NCBI GenBank assembly: GCA_021613535.1
Contig: CP075495.1
Location: 15,996,001 to 16,060,000, forward strand
DNA length: 64,000 nucleotides
From: Adineta vaga
Lineage: Eukaryota; Animalia; Rotifera
Reading direction: 5' to 3'
The translations under genes were made by a program, and so were the position numbers. The first letter of the stretch is position 1; every line of letters begins with the position of its first letter. Of the stretch, positions 1-13,097 are shown piece after piece. The notes under the pieces were generated by a model, which ran no database searches, was not told where the DNA came from, and saw only the letters and a list, made by a program, of their open reading frames with translations.

Positions 1-438
1 GTTCCTTCTCATTGTTTAGTTGAATTTATTTATAAAACTATTTCAGTATATAACTAAGGTTGTTAAGAAAACTAGTGTGAACATAAAAATATCAAATAAA
101 AGTTAGAAAAAACCGTCACAACTTGTATCTAAGAGGCATTGCTCGTAAGCTACACCCGACGTTTCTCAATGAACATCTCGGATTTGACTGATATGTATAC
201 AGTAGAAAAACCATACTATGTTAGGAAGAAACCCAAAAATTTAAGTCAAACGAATGGGCCTTTGCAGAGATATAAGTTTTACAAGCATCATGAGTACCGT
301 ACATTTGAGGAGGATTTTAAACCAATAATTGTGAATACATTTTGAACATATCAGTCGAATCAGAGATGAACATAGAGAAAGGTCGGATGTGGCTTACGAG
401 CAATGCCTTCTAAGCGAATGTTCATATTAAGAACGAGT

Positions 439-2661
439 TTATTTGTGAGCAGATATTCCGATTATAGGTTGATATTTCTGAGAATCTTTGTCCAATTCAG
501 TGTCGCGCACACTCTCTATAGGAACCCATTTGAAGTATTTGAAGCCGGCTTTTTGAAATGCTTGCTCATAAATAGCAGGTGAAAAGTAATACGTTATGAA
601 TGAAAGGATCGAACCGTCAGGATTGACAACATTGTTTTTAATTTGAGCTCCGTCGATTAGTGGCAGTTGAGCTTCAAACCAATAGCCAAATTTACGATAG
701 ATATCCGTATTGACAATGTGCTCAGTACAACATACATTCGCGTTGATACCAAGGAAATAAGCTTCGTTATTATCTCCAAGTTGCTCACTAATTATCCTCA
801 CCATTTTTTCAAGTTCATTTAATGTCGTAGCATAGTTAAGCAGATAAGCGGCGACAACCAAATCGAACTTTTTCTCTGGCTCAGTTAAATTAAGCACATC
901 TGCGATTTGATAAGTAATCCCAAGAGGATGATTTTTTTCACTTGTGCGTGCAATATCAATCATAGCTGGACTTATATCAACACCAACTACTTCTTTGCAG
1001 CCAAGTTCTTCTTTAAGTTTTCCTATAGATGCAAACAAGAACAATACACTTGAATAGTACAACACTGAACTCAATGCAATGGCGGATTCATATGGGGTAC
1101 AGTCACACCCACTTTGGTTTCTAAGTTGTGCTTGGTGCCATAGATCATGACATTTGATGATTAATGTAAATTTGGATAGTTGAGAAAAAAGGAGGGTGTG
1201 GGTTTGGGTACTACATGTATCGATAAGCTACACTCCATCTTCACCCAACCTCAAGATCTTTTTTCTGTCCGATCTTTACTACAAATGCTAAAAAACCCAC
1301 CGAAAATTTAACGTATTTTTTTACCATTTTCTGACAGTTTTTGCCTTTTGGGTTTCTGAAAAACTTTCTTCGATAGATTCCAAACATGTAGTTTTATCCA
1401 CTCGACTGTAGGGAGGATCTTATGAAAAAATAATTTGTTTGTACATTTGTGTCAGGGTCAAGGGTCAAAAATATTTTTTTTTAAATGGTCGCAAACGTTG
1501 AAAACTGGTAGCAAGATGGGGCTAGGTCTAGTGGGACTGAGTTGTGCAGGGGCAAGGGAGGGGGGGCTGGACGCACACGGGTAGGTGTATGTGCGTGAGT
1601 GGGGATGTTGAGTGAGGGTGTTGGATGAAATTGGTTTCACGAAAAAAAAGCTAACATTCTGTTTTCGACGGTGGATACATATTTCAACAATGACATGAAA
1701 ACCGTTTTCTCGCATCTTAAGTTTCCAGATTAATTTATCCCACTATTGAGTCCAGCTGAAAATATCCGTCCTCCACAGTCGAGGGTTAAGTGAGTCGGTC
1801 CGACGAGCCTTACTTGTAGATTTCAATCTATTATATTTTTCGGCATATTAACAATTTAATTTGAATGATTTTCAGGGGAGAAAATAACCAAATTCTGAGT
1901 AACTATAAACTCAGAATATCCAAAACTATATTTTGGACCTGTTGAAGAAGGTACTTGTCGAACCCGTCCAAAAATCACTTCAAAAATGCTGAAAGCTTGG
2001 ATTTGGAGGTTTTCTCGCATGCTCTCTCACTTGTAATGATCAAAAAGAGGGATCTAAAGTTTTTGTATAACGGCCATTCTCGCACGAATCATGGATTGTC
2101 TCTTTACATAAGTGTTTATAACTTAGGCTTTTGCAGGAACTTTGACATCTTTAACACCCTCGAGAACTAAGAGAGCCTTTCTTATAAGTGCGTTACCGGC
2201 ATGTATTTCTCCCATAAAACTTGAATAATTCAATCAATTAAAGTGAAACTTATACGATTGTAGAACTTTGTAATGTACACTTATATATGAAATTTCGAAG
2301 CCCTATGCTTAACTGTTTAGGAGAAATCAGGATTGAAAGATGAAAAAAACGTGAGTGCGTTACCTTGAAGGGGCTGTTTTTATTTTATGAATCGCACTCC
2401 CTTCAAAATTTCCTGTATCCGCCACTGACTTAGTGGCTCGCTTGAAGACTACTTACTGGTGTAGTACCCTGAACCGCAAGCAAGATCTATGACACGATAT
2501 CCAGCGAGAACTTTCGTTAAATCAACCGTTGCCACATCCTTGATTCCCAGTGCTGGCAAGAGCAAACCACGAACAAATGTTTGATATTCTTCATTTTTAG
2601 CCTGCTCAAAATTCTGCTGAACAGTCGTATATTCTGTTGCAATTTTATCGTACTGCGTCAT
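439..2661 (-). CDS. Class I SAM-dependent methyltransferase, ToxA-like (toxoflavin N-methyltransferase family); 2 exons, 2661-2457 and 1022-439, ~262 aa
   Basis: The donor ACCA|GTAAGT at 2456 and acceptor CTATAG|GA at 1023 join ORF 2449..2661 to ORF 439..1074 in frame, giving DLACGSGYYT-R-KLKEELG. Joined CDS is 789 nt. Motifs YDxI, VIDLACGSG, VVGVDISPAMIDIAR, FDLVVAAYLLNYA and YEQAFQKAGF..F.W match the ToxA-type pattern as I recall it. A probable 5'UTR intron lies at 2674-2721. Confidence 0.85.
1077..2427. mobile_element. Non-autonomous hAT-like element inserted in the methyltransferase intron, with further nested repeats inside
   Basis: TIRs CAATGGCGGATTCA (1077) / TGTATCCGCCACTG (ends 2427). 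Flanking 8-mers ACTCAATG (1069-1076) and ACTTAGTG (2428-2435) match 6/8. Removing the element leaves a ~75-nt intron. Confidence 0.7.
1398..1789. mobile_element. Small TIR element (piggyBac-like ends) nested in a dispersed repeat
   Basis: Inverted ends CACTCGACTGTAGGGAGGA / TCCTCCACAGTCGAGGG-TTAA. The interrupted host repeat (about 1350-1395 plus 1855-2012) has an uninterrupted relative at about 53860-54105. Confidence 0.5.
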
Positions 2662-3039
2662 TTTAATGTTATGCTGATAGGCGACAGAAAAAAATGTTTA
2701 ATGAAACGAAAGTAAATTTACCTCAATATCGAAGCAAAAAAAGCCGAATATTACATATGTATGTGTCACATACCGGGTGGAGCAAACGTTTTACGACATT
2801 TTTTGTTTTGTATGTATCTCTGTTTAGAAAAACGATAACGATGCTCTTTTTTTAAAAGCTGCGCCATCGAATGCTCTACAAATTTCGATTGATCTTAATT
2901 TCTGGCACTAGAATTCAGCATTTTTATAGGTCACCTAATGTGAGTGTGTGAATTGAGTTTACTTCGGGCTAGTCGTTCGTCTGTGGGACGTTAAACATTA
3001 TCTGTCTACAGAAAAGAAACAAACAAATCTTGTCAATAC

Positions 3040-6000
3040 GACTAAAATAACACGCTCTGGGTGATGGAATGTCAGATCGTGTTATCGTGTCACTAAACGT
3101 GAACTAATTGTTCGACAGTTACAACGATATCGAATTGAAGTAGAAGCGTTAGCTGTAACTAATATACCAGATTCTGGTGTTTATGTAGTAAATGGATATA
3201 CATTCATCTACTCGGAAATATCGGCCGAAGAGCGATCAAGGGCGGCTTACGGTGCGGCTGTATGCTTAGGTCCAAAAGCATCTTATGCTTGGAGAAACTC
3301 TGGTTCTACTTAAAAAGCAGTAATTTCAAGGATAATAACAGTTCACATTTTATGTAGACCTATACCTATTACTATTATAGCCATCTATGCATCTGTTAAT
3401 CCTTCAAATGGCTTAAAAGTAGATATTGAGGCATGCAATGAATTCTAACAAACTCTTCAATTCTCAATCAATAAAACTGATAAAGGCGATATTGTCCTAA
3501 TCATGGGAGATCTCAACGCTCGCGTTGGATCAGAACAGATCATCATCTATTGCGCGCCCAAGGAAGACAACGACAGGTCAATCAAAGCTAGATCGTACGA
3601 ATTTAAGCGATTAAAATGTGTTAGCTACTTTTCAGGCGGAGTTAACAAAACATCGTGAGAACACAAAAGACGATGAGATGACATTATCTGTAAACGAGAA
3701 GTTTACAAAGTTTGCTGACTACATGAGGAAACATGGTAAACATTATTTTGGAGAAGATCAGGGTTGTAATAAGAATATCAAAGAATGGTTTACATCAGAC
3801 ATATAAGATATTGTGGATAAAAAAGCCGAAGCTTATGTACAATGGCAACGCCACTGAAGTACGAAAGATGAGAATCTTCACAGAAATAAATATCGAACGT
3901 TGGTCAAGCTTGTTTAAAATAAGGTAGAAGCTAGGCAACGAGAATATTGGGAAGAATTGAGTATCGATATTGAAAACGATGTGAAAGATCATAACCGAGC
4001 AAGTGCATTCCAAATCCTACGATGCTTGCGGGGTAACGGTGCTAATACAGAACACTTAGCAATTTACGACAAAGACCGCCTAAACAGGCGGAGAGAATAT
4101 TTTGATGAAACGCTTAATGTAAACACAGTGGTGCGTGAACATATACTAAAAGAAAGTTCGAATCATTTTATAGAATATAACGAAACCTTTCGTCAAGAAG
4201 CTGTACCAACTATTGACGAAGTAATGAGGGCAATTCAACAGATCAAAAATAGAAGATCCTGGAAGAGACGAAGTGGCTGCCGAACTTCTGAAAGCAGGTG
4301 GTCGTCTTCTAGCTGAACGGTTACATGACATTATCCATGATGTTTGAGAATAGGAAATTAGCGTAAACGATTGGAACACGGCTGTTCTAATATGGCTATA
4401 TAAGAATAAGGGTGACAAACGGATCTGTGACTACTATAGGGGTATATCTTTACTTGTTGTAGCAGGAAAAGTTGTTGCTCGAATCCTATTAACCCGTATC
4501 AAAAACACGCTAGACAAAAAACTGCTTCAGGAGCAAGCAGGCTTTCGTTCGGGCAGGTCCACAACTTATCATATATTTATGTTGAAAATGGTAATGGAAC
4601 GCTCAAGGGAATTCACTAAATCACTACACATGTGCTTCATTGATCTACAAAAGGTCTATGATTCGGTTAAGCGCGAAGCATTATGGCGAGTATGTCGTGC
4701 TTACGGATTATCGTATAAAATAATTGAAATGCTCAAATGTCTATATAATAACACAAAAGCTGAAGTACGAGTCGATGGCGGCTTCAGCACTGGTATTGAT
4801 ATGAATACTGGAGTCAAACAAGTGTGTCTTCTGTCTTCGATCTTGTTTAATATATACATTGATTATGTTATGGGACGAGTTCTTGAACAAGCCAGAGTGG
4901 AAGGTGTCACTCTATCCTATCGCCTGGGAGATTTGTGGTACTCAGGACGTGAAAATAAGAATGATGTAAAATTGCTCAGTCTTATGTATGCAAACGACAT
5001 AGTCGTGATGTGTCAGAACACTCAAGATATAGAAAAATTCATAGAAGCATTCGAAAAAACTACACAAGACTTTGATCTAACTATAAATATCAAAAAGACA
5101 TGTATCATGTCCTTGAAACAACTGAAAAACACATCATGCAAGACTAAAAGCAAAGAAGAGGTTACCGAAGCTCCACTCAACATCATTATACGAAAACAGA
5201 AAATAGAGAACGTAGACAATTTCGAGTACCTCGGATGCCACATATCGAAAGATCAAACACATTAAAAAGATATCGAAAATCGTTTAGGAAAAGCATATAA
5301 TGCATTCAATCAGCTACGACGTATTGTCTGATATCGTAAATGCATATCTTTTCAGGGAAAAGTCCGAATTTTTAATTCATGTGTGTTACCTATGCTAGTG
5401 TATGGTAGCGAACTATGGTGTCTGTCAATTGCTGAGGAGCAGCGCTTGAACACATTCTATATGAAATGTCTGCGGCAAATAATTGGCGTCTACCTCGGTG
5501 ATCGAATGAGGAATAATCTTGTTCTTCAATTAACTGGTCAACTATCACTAGAAAATATCCTGAGAAGGAATAGGCTACGGTAGTTTGGTCATGTTAATCG
5601 AATGGATAATGATCAAGGCCTTCCGATCTTATAGAAAAAGACTTTTTTCACTTCATTTAAAGATAGTAAGAGACCACCACATGGTGGCAAATTAATGTGG
5701 CGAGATAACAATTCAAAGAATCTTACTTTATTTAACGTGAAAAACTGGAGACGAGAGGTCTATAGCAAAGATAAATGGCATAAAACAATCAATCACGATG
5801 CTAAACACAACATAGTGCAGTCCAACATTGCTCACGTGATACAAGAACTTAAAGAAAAAGCAATCAAACGTAGGACAGAAGAGGAAGCACGTCAGACATT
5901 TAAACAAGATAAAGTTACAACACTTCCACCTCGTCTTCAATCGCATCTGATCAAGTCACATGCGCAAGTTGTGAAAGGGTTTGCAAAAATAGACGGGGGT

Positions 6001-6280
6001 TGAAAATACATCAACACGCTTGCGTAAGAAAAGTAGGTACAGATATACAAGATGATACTGCTCAGAAAATCAATCAAGATAATATACCAACTGTAACACG
6101 TTACCGAGTGCCCAATACACTGAAGGTAAAAATAATTGAAGTACTATCGAAAAATTATAAAAATCAATATTTATGTCCAAATGGAGACTGTAGTAGATTG
6201 TTGAAAACAAGAGTACTACGGCACATGTAAAGACCTGTGCAAAAGTATGGCTGGAAAAACAACGTGTTTCAATTTAGTGA
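3040..6280 (+). mobile_element. Decayed RTE-like non-LTR retrotransposon (APE endonuclease + RT + C-terminal Cys/His fingers), many stops and frameshifts
   Basis: EN motifs G*WNVRS (~3060) and LIMGDLNARVG (~3500). RT motifs YRGISLL, QEQAGFR, CFIDLQKVYDSV, TGVKQ.CLLS.ILFN, LMYANDIV and FEYLG. CxxC...HxxxC fingers near 5960-6023 and 6170-6240. Confidence 0.9.
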
Positions 6281-6709
6281 CTAAATTTTGTCTCTGATTT
6301 ACAGTGAAATATGACGACGGTTACTGAAACTGGATCTGCTTGTGGTTTGGAGGTAACACTCTGATGGATGTAGCAGTAAATCATTGATAGATGGTAACCA
6401 TCTTACAAACATGATTCAATCGCTCTATGTTTATGTGTGTCCTGGTGTCGTCCATGTTTTATATTGAATATTCTATGTTTTGTGCTGTCGTTACATTGCC
6501 TGTGTTATATGTGTAGTCTTTTATACGTTGTTCATCCTTTTTTATTTTATTTTATGTTTATGTTTTTTGTTTTTTTATTCTATGTATTTTATCCTTTTTT
6601 GGACAACTATATTTGTTCTTCGCCTAAACCGGGTTACCGGAACTGGCATTTCTTTTTCTACTTCCTACCCATTTTTTTATAATATATTGTTTTTGTACAA
6701 GAGATTACA

Positions 6710-7124
6710 TAGTACTTCTCCCTAATAACGACGTCCAGCTATTTTTTACTTTAATAACGACACCTGGCTAACAAAGGTTGATGTATTCTGGACCAACTGT
6801 GGCGAGACCTAATACGACAGTGTAAAATCGGCTTATCGTCGTTACTAGGGCGGCTAATTAGCTAGAATTACTAAAATGGCCAAATCAGCTGAGTGTCGTT
6901 ATTATGGAAGTAGCACGTAATAACGACAGCAGGACTTCATGATCGTAGACCGGTGATATATCCACGAAAGCATATGAAAAAAGGATCGGAAATATATCAT
7001 TCGAAAGAGCGTCATCCAAAGATTCCTCAAATATAGGATTGTTTGAAATTGGTCGTAAAACAGATAAATGCGAATAAAACAAAATAAAGTTTCATTTTAG
7101 TGTCGTTATTAGGGGGAAGTACCG
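6710..7124. mobile_element. MITE with TIRs and internal TAATAACGAC motifs
   Basis: GTACTTCTCCCTAATAACGAC (6712) inverts GTCGTTATTAGGGGGAAGTAC (7102-7122), with TA after the right end. Related TAATAACGAC motif clusters recur at about 63440-63890. Confidence 0.65.
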
Positions 7125-7539
7125 TATTTGTTATGAAAACTTAATTTACTATTAGACAATTCTTAAAATCCTTTATCGACTGTATATGTATACGAAGTTA
7201 TTAAATACTCATTCTTTCGGTAAGGTGTAATTCTCACCATTGTATATCCGTTTTCAAAGAAAGCATTATAGATACACAATCTATCACCAAACCGCGTTCG
7301 GTTACACAACCTTTTGTAGAAAATTAAATTCTCTTTCTATCTAGAGTGCAAATAATGCATGAATAAATGATTCTAGTTCAAGAAGAATTTGAATAGTGTC
7401 AAGAGGACCATTTTCAATGTAGTAGCTCAGAGAAACTCATACAATCTAAGAACAAGTGCTGTTTTACCTAACCTGAAAGGTTTTCATTCTTCTATAGAAA
7501 GATTTTCAGTTCAGTAGAGTCCAAAAGGTTGGGCATTTG

Positions 7540-8830
7540 TCAAGGAAAAACATGCGAAGGTTTCGTATATATCGAGAGAAACTATTGATAGTTTTGTACC
7601 GTGTCAATAGAACCATTAGTAGTTTCGTACTCTAACAATAGGCTTATTTTATTTTCTACCAAACTATTCCTGGTTTCGTAGATCAGCTCGAAGTTCAGGT
7701 TATTTCGTACGGAACTTTCAATGGTTTCGTCAAGTCTCTAATAGTTCAGAACTATTTATACTAAACTATACATGGTTTAGCAAAGACATCAGAGGCTCGG
7801 TGTCAGTTTTGCGAAACTAATGATTGATCCACAATTTCTCAAAAGTTCGGTGAAATTTCTCCAGAGTCTCTCAAAGTTTGGTAGGTTAGCTCAACTCTTA
7901 GCAAACTTAACACTTAACTACTCATCAGTATGAAGCTAGCACCACGAAACTAAGAGTTTTGTAAAAACGAATTCCCGTCGTTAAAAATGAGTCTATTTGA
8001 CGCAGAATTTTATTCTGCATCGAATGGCGCGACTTTCATTCACGGGAAAACGAATGAACGAAGCTTGCCTCGATTTTTATTTTCCTCTCATACTTACATA
8101 TATAAAAGAAAAATTCGAATAAAAGTAGTGCTAGCTTCGTGGTGCTAGCTTCACACTGATTAACTGCTCATAGTTTCGTACAACCTATACGGATCTTCAA
8201 GAGCATCAAATCTCCATTGTAAATTTAGAATATTTACTGCTGAATCCCCGAATGCTCCTCATATTTTCTACTAAACAAACGGCAGTTCATCTAGCTTCAC
8301 AAAGGTTCAATACACTCCATACGAAACCTTTTATGGCTCGATTATTGCTACGAAGGTTTGGTGTGTTCTATACAGAACGAAACATAGTTTCGGGTAGATA
8401 ATACAGCATTCACGTTAATTCCGTAGTCGTGGTATGGGCTTAGTGTATCTTTTAGCAAACGAATCACAGTTCCTTCGATTTGGAAATAGTTTCGTACATT
8501 TCATACGAAACCTCGTGGGAGTCGATCAATAGTGTAATGATTTGTTCTTTTTTTTATACTAAACTGTTGATTGTTTCGTTTAGCGTCCCAGAGATTTCCT
8601 ATAACTTATGCGAAACGATCAACAGTTTTGCCTCATCGTCAAGGGTTTAGTATAATTTGTACGAAACGATCTATAGTTCCGTACTCTGGGCAAGGGTTCA
8701 GCATCGTTCCAGCGAAACCATCAGTGGCTTCCAAAGCTTTTCTACGATTCAGTATACAGTATACTGAATGATTCATAGTTCAATGGTTACCATAAACGTT
8801 TTGCGTACATAATATCAAACACTCGCTAGT
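7540..8830. repeat. Degenerate tandem array carrying a dyad motif CGAAAC-N8-GTTTCG; ~51-bp period in the distal part
   Basis: Motif copies start at about 8560, 8611, 8662, 8713 and 8764. More divergent copies with shorter spacing lie at 7550-7830. Confidence 0.6.
7924..8160. mobile_element. MITE with 9-bp TSD (Mutator-like), inserted in the degenerate array
   Basis: TIR ATCAGTATGAAGCTAGCACCACGAA / TTCGTGGTGCTAGCTTCACACTGAT. Flanks TAACTACTC (7915-7923) and TAACTGCTC (8161-8169). Confidence 0.75.
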
Positions 8831-9229
8831 ATCGTGTTCTTAGTACGAGCGCACTACACAATTTATCAAACTCATGATGGTGCCTTAGCTCTCAAACGCT
8901 TTAGCACACTCAGTAGGATTGAGGGTGTGGGCCAATGTATCACGTCTTCACCTACATCTACACCCTCACCAACACCCTAGTAGTTCGGAACCTTTTAGTA
9001 TTATGAACAAAAAAGTTTCGAACTAACCCTTTGTTGCGAAACTTTTTTGCTAAATTTTTCGGCCAAGGTACCATCCGGAACTATTTCTCTGATAAACCAA
9101 TAACAGGATTGACCGCTGTATCGGAGGGAAGATCCTTTTTTGTTTTGGTAAAACTGCCTTTTCTTTTACAGTGTGTAATTCATGCAGTTGCATCATTTAA
9201 TGGCACAATATAGTACGGAGGAACCAAGA

Positions 9230-9318
9230 GAAAAGAGTGGAATTATGGATTGCATGAATTTTGAAAGATGCCATAGAGAATACATGGCAATCCAAGAATC
9301 CACAATTCCACTCTTTTC
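9230..9318. repeat. Short inverted repeat / miniature hairpin element
   Basis: GAAAAGAGTGGAATTATGGATT inverts AATCCACAATTCCACTCTTTTC. Confidence 0.6.
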
Positions 9319-10407
9319 CCCCTGAGACGAACGTTGGTGGCCAAGAGTAGTTACTGGGACTTACTTTTTTGGAATTTATTGGAATTTTTGAATAAATCTC
9401 ACGTCATTTCTGAGGACAATGACTTACTGAGGATGAGAGGGCGAGAATGAGCAGTAGAATTAATGGTGAGGGTGCACTGAAATATTGATGTAATGAATAA
9501 GTGCAAATAAATACTCTATAGAGAATAAATCCTAAAAAATAAATCTCCGTGGCTTCTTTCCTTGCACTTACCTTAGAAAGTTCATTCTCGATCTCGTTTC
9601 TGACACTCATACGCACCCACACGCCTATTTATCTTTATTCTTCACAATCTCACTCATTCAAATTTAATATTACACATGCATAAACAACTAGAGACATGTT
9701 CTAAATGTAAGTTTATGTGTTTGTTTTTTGCAACTTTTGTGACATCAACTGTAGTATGTATGCCATCTTCATGTGGATGTTGTGTATGCTTTCGATTTCT
9801 TGTAAATATAGTGATTATCGACAGGTATGTTTTCATATGTATTGTCAGATGATGTAATGAAACAAGTGTATGAAGCATTAAATATGTTGCGTTCAATTGT
9901 TTATGTGGATAGCGTGTATCATGTTTGAAATAATGTCAGACCAGTAATTTAATTTATTTGCAGAAACAGGTTCGATTGGTACGGTGTATTGAGAAATAAC
10001 AGTTACAGATGAATGACTTTACGACTACCCTAGCAAAGATGTTACGGTAAAGTTCATTCTATTATCTGTGTGAATAAATATAACTAGGGCAAGAATGTGG
10101 ATAAACGGATTTTTTTCATATAATATGGGTACGCCAAAACGCTCTATTGGGATTGAAATGGGTCGCATATAGCCCTACACAAAATAATTTACTAATTAGA
10201 ATTCTGTCTCTACATTGTATGACTAATATCATATGGTTAGAAATCGTTTTCTTTGTACAGAAAATTCATGTTGGATGTTATATCCATCTTTCGATTGAAA
10301 GTATCGGAATTTCAAGAGTATAGAACAATGAGACCAAACAATTTATTGTTTTCTGAACTACCTAATAAAAGGTAATATAGGTAACTGAAAGCATACAGTT
10401 TATTTAA

Positions 10408-10654
10408 CCCTTTCAGGGATGATGTGATTTTGAAAAGTTTGCAAACAGATTTACGAAACGCATTTTATACGTTCAATTAATCATTCTTAATTAGCGCATT
10501 TTCATGCGTACTCTTTCATGAAATAGATGAACGTAAATATCTGCAAGAAATCTGTTACGAGAAGACATGTTCCACAAACATATTATTTTTATAGCTGACT
10601 AACATTAGGAAAATAGAGTATGCGTCATTGGTGTGCAAAGTCGTCGTTAAAGGG
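10408..10654. mobile_element. piggyBac-like MITE
   Basis: TTAA|CCCTTT...AAAGGG|CTAA termini; the TTAA target is degenerate on the right. Confidence 0.5.
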
Positions 10655-11923
10655 CTAACGAAGATTCGACTTTATACTGCGGATTATACAAAATTATTGC
10701 GATTCTTATAATAATTTAAAACTTTTTTATGCAAAACGAATCACTATTGGTTTTGTCGAAAGGAAATCAGAAGAACCTTTACGAAATTTGCGGGTTGGTG
10801 TAAGGAAACTTTTGTGCATTTTTTTCTTATAGTGGTTACATAGAAAGATTCTTCTAAAATACGCGTGCAACAAGATAGAAGAAAATACTTCAGCTTTTAT
10901 GATGTTGTTAAAATATTATGATTACTATTGCAAAAAAGAAAAATAAAAAGCTGGAAAGGTCAAAGTAACTAGATGCTTGATTATTTGTAGGGTGAGTTGT
11001 TAATTTTCTATTTCTTCTTATATATGGCTATGTTTTCTAACAGCTCTTATTATTCACTTTAGTGTGGAGATTCAACTTATGAAAGGATATAAGTATCGGT
11101 AAAAGAACAATTGTGCGTTGCTTGTTGGAGCATTTCATCCGCTCGAAATTTCAAAGAATAAGATGTTCAGTATGCACGTATCCATACCAAGGTGCACTTT
11201 TACTTACCTGCATATGAGTACAGAGATGAAAAAGTTAAATATTGAAACTTTTTCATACTCCATGTGATAAGAAATCCTCCTCATCGTATTGTTACTTTAG
11301 AGAACCATGTTGATAGGTCTAACGTACAGAAAAAGACTCAAATACAGCACAAGCTGATTGAAAACCTCTATTCTTCCTTCCTCCTTTTGCAAAACGACAA
11401 ATAAACTTCTTAGGTACAAGTTCTAATTATAAACACCGTTGCCATATCATAACATAATTTAACAGATATGGTGGAACATATCTTTATGTAGAACCATCCG
11501 TTAACCATATTCCCGTTTATGACATAATATCAATCTCTCATAAAATAGCCTGCTGTAACTCCGTTCCTTGCTCCAAAGAACGTATCTCGTAAAGACAGTG
11601 TATTCATCCTTATTCTTCTTGCTGTTTCATGAATATGAAGTATATTAGAACAGAATGCAATAAACTACAACGCTCCACCGCATCATACACAATTTCTAGT
11701 CGACTATTTATGAGTAGCATCCACGTTTTTCCCTCTGAATATTATAGTAGGATATCTTGCAATGCTGGTTTACCTTTTTTAGTCGGTATTGGAATGAAGT
11801 TGATTGCGGTTTGAATTGTATCTTCAAACCATATTAGTCAGTTGTTACGTTTTTGTTCCCTGATATCCATGGAAAGCACAAATCGAAAACCAAACTGTTC
11901 TATTCAATTGTTTAGACGCTGTC

Positions 11924-12181
11924 AGTGCAAGAGCCTTAGTTCCACCAACACTAGTGCCTCGACAGTGTTCTACCCGTTTTTGATTAATGTTAGTGCAAGA
12001 GCCTTAGTTCCACCAACACTAGTGCCTCGACAGTGTTCTACCCGTTTTTGATTAATGTTAGTGCAAGAGCCTTAGTTCCACCAACACTAGTGCCTCGACA
12101 GTGTTCTACCCGTTTTTGATTAATGTTAGTACAAGAGCCTTAGTTCCACCAACACTAGTGCCTCGACAGTGTTCTACCCGT
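11924..12181 (+). repeat. Near-perfect 68-bp tandem repeat, ~3.8 copies
   Basis: Unit GTGCAAGAGCCTTAGTTCCACCAACACTAGTGCCTCGACAGTGTTCTACCCGTTTTTGATTAATGTTA starts at 11925, 11993, 12061 and 12129. One substitution in the last copy. Confidence 0.95.
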
Positions 12182-13097
12182 GGTTTAGTTATACCTTGTT
12201 ACTTTAAAGGCAAGTTTATTTAAGCTAGTACTGATTCGAACAGAAATGGATTTCGAAGTTGTGCAATCACCCATTCGTTGGAAATATAAATGGATAACCC
12301 TTCTGCCTTAAGTGGCAAGTTTCGTATCAACTTTTGAGATTTATTCTTCGTTTAAGATTGGTCAGATATCAGTTTACCTAGAAAAGAAAGTAATGCGATC
12401 TCAAGTTGGTACGATGCTTTATGAGTTGAGTATCGACGAGGTTTTACTAAAAAGTACTTGAAGTAACGTGTTTTATCTTAAAAGTTGGCTGATAGGGAAC
12501 GGTCAGCATCTATCCAATCGCTTTTGAATTGATATTTTGTGGAACCCACATATTCTTTTTAGAAAAAGTAAGCGAGTGTAAGCTTTACGTCGAGAAATTT
12601 GGCCCACTCCTCTCCCCGATCCTCGATTACAGACAGAATCCATTACAACCAGAAAATTATAATAGATAAAACTCCATTTTAGGAGTAACTCAGTTTCAAG
12701 TAAAGCCTCATCGCGTACACGCTATAATCGCAAATAGGCTATTTTAGTTCCATAGAGACTGCGCTAAAAAGGTTTTTCGCTCAATGCTGAAAAAGCGGTT
12801 AAAAATCCATAACTCCACACAAAAGGCCTAGTGTTCTGAAATTTCCTAGGACTATTCGAGTCATGTAGTCTCTTGCCTATAACTAGAATATCAACCCAAA
12901 ATCGACTGATAAGTTGGTGAGTTTAGCTCGCAAAATGCTCATAACTGTGAGAGGAAGGCTTTAGGCAACTCAATGTTCCAGGTTTTTCAGGTCTCAATAG
13001 GATGCATCGAATCTTCTAAAATCCAAGACAATGGCGAATAAACAGCTTTTTCAGTCAGAAACATCAACGTCCATAAGCAAGTGCATATAAATATTAA

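Noticed and set aside
1023-1074. Hydrophobic N-terminus (signal-peptide-like) of ORF 439..1074
   Set aside because: It is intron read-through; the true N-terminus is exon 2661-2457.
6437-6725. Hydrophobic small ORFs suggesting membrane peptides
   Set aside because: They are an artefact of T-rich low-complexity sequence.
11400-11870. Coding-like minus-strand stretch
   Set aside because: Interrupted in all frames I tried, with no recognisable motif.
11924-12181. Possible CRISPR array
   Set aside because: The units are contiguous and identical with no unique spacers, there are no cas genes, and the context is eukaryotic.
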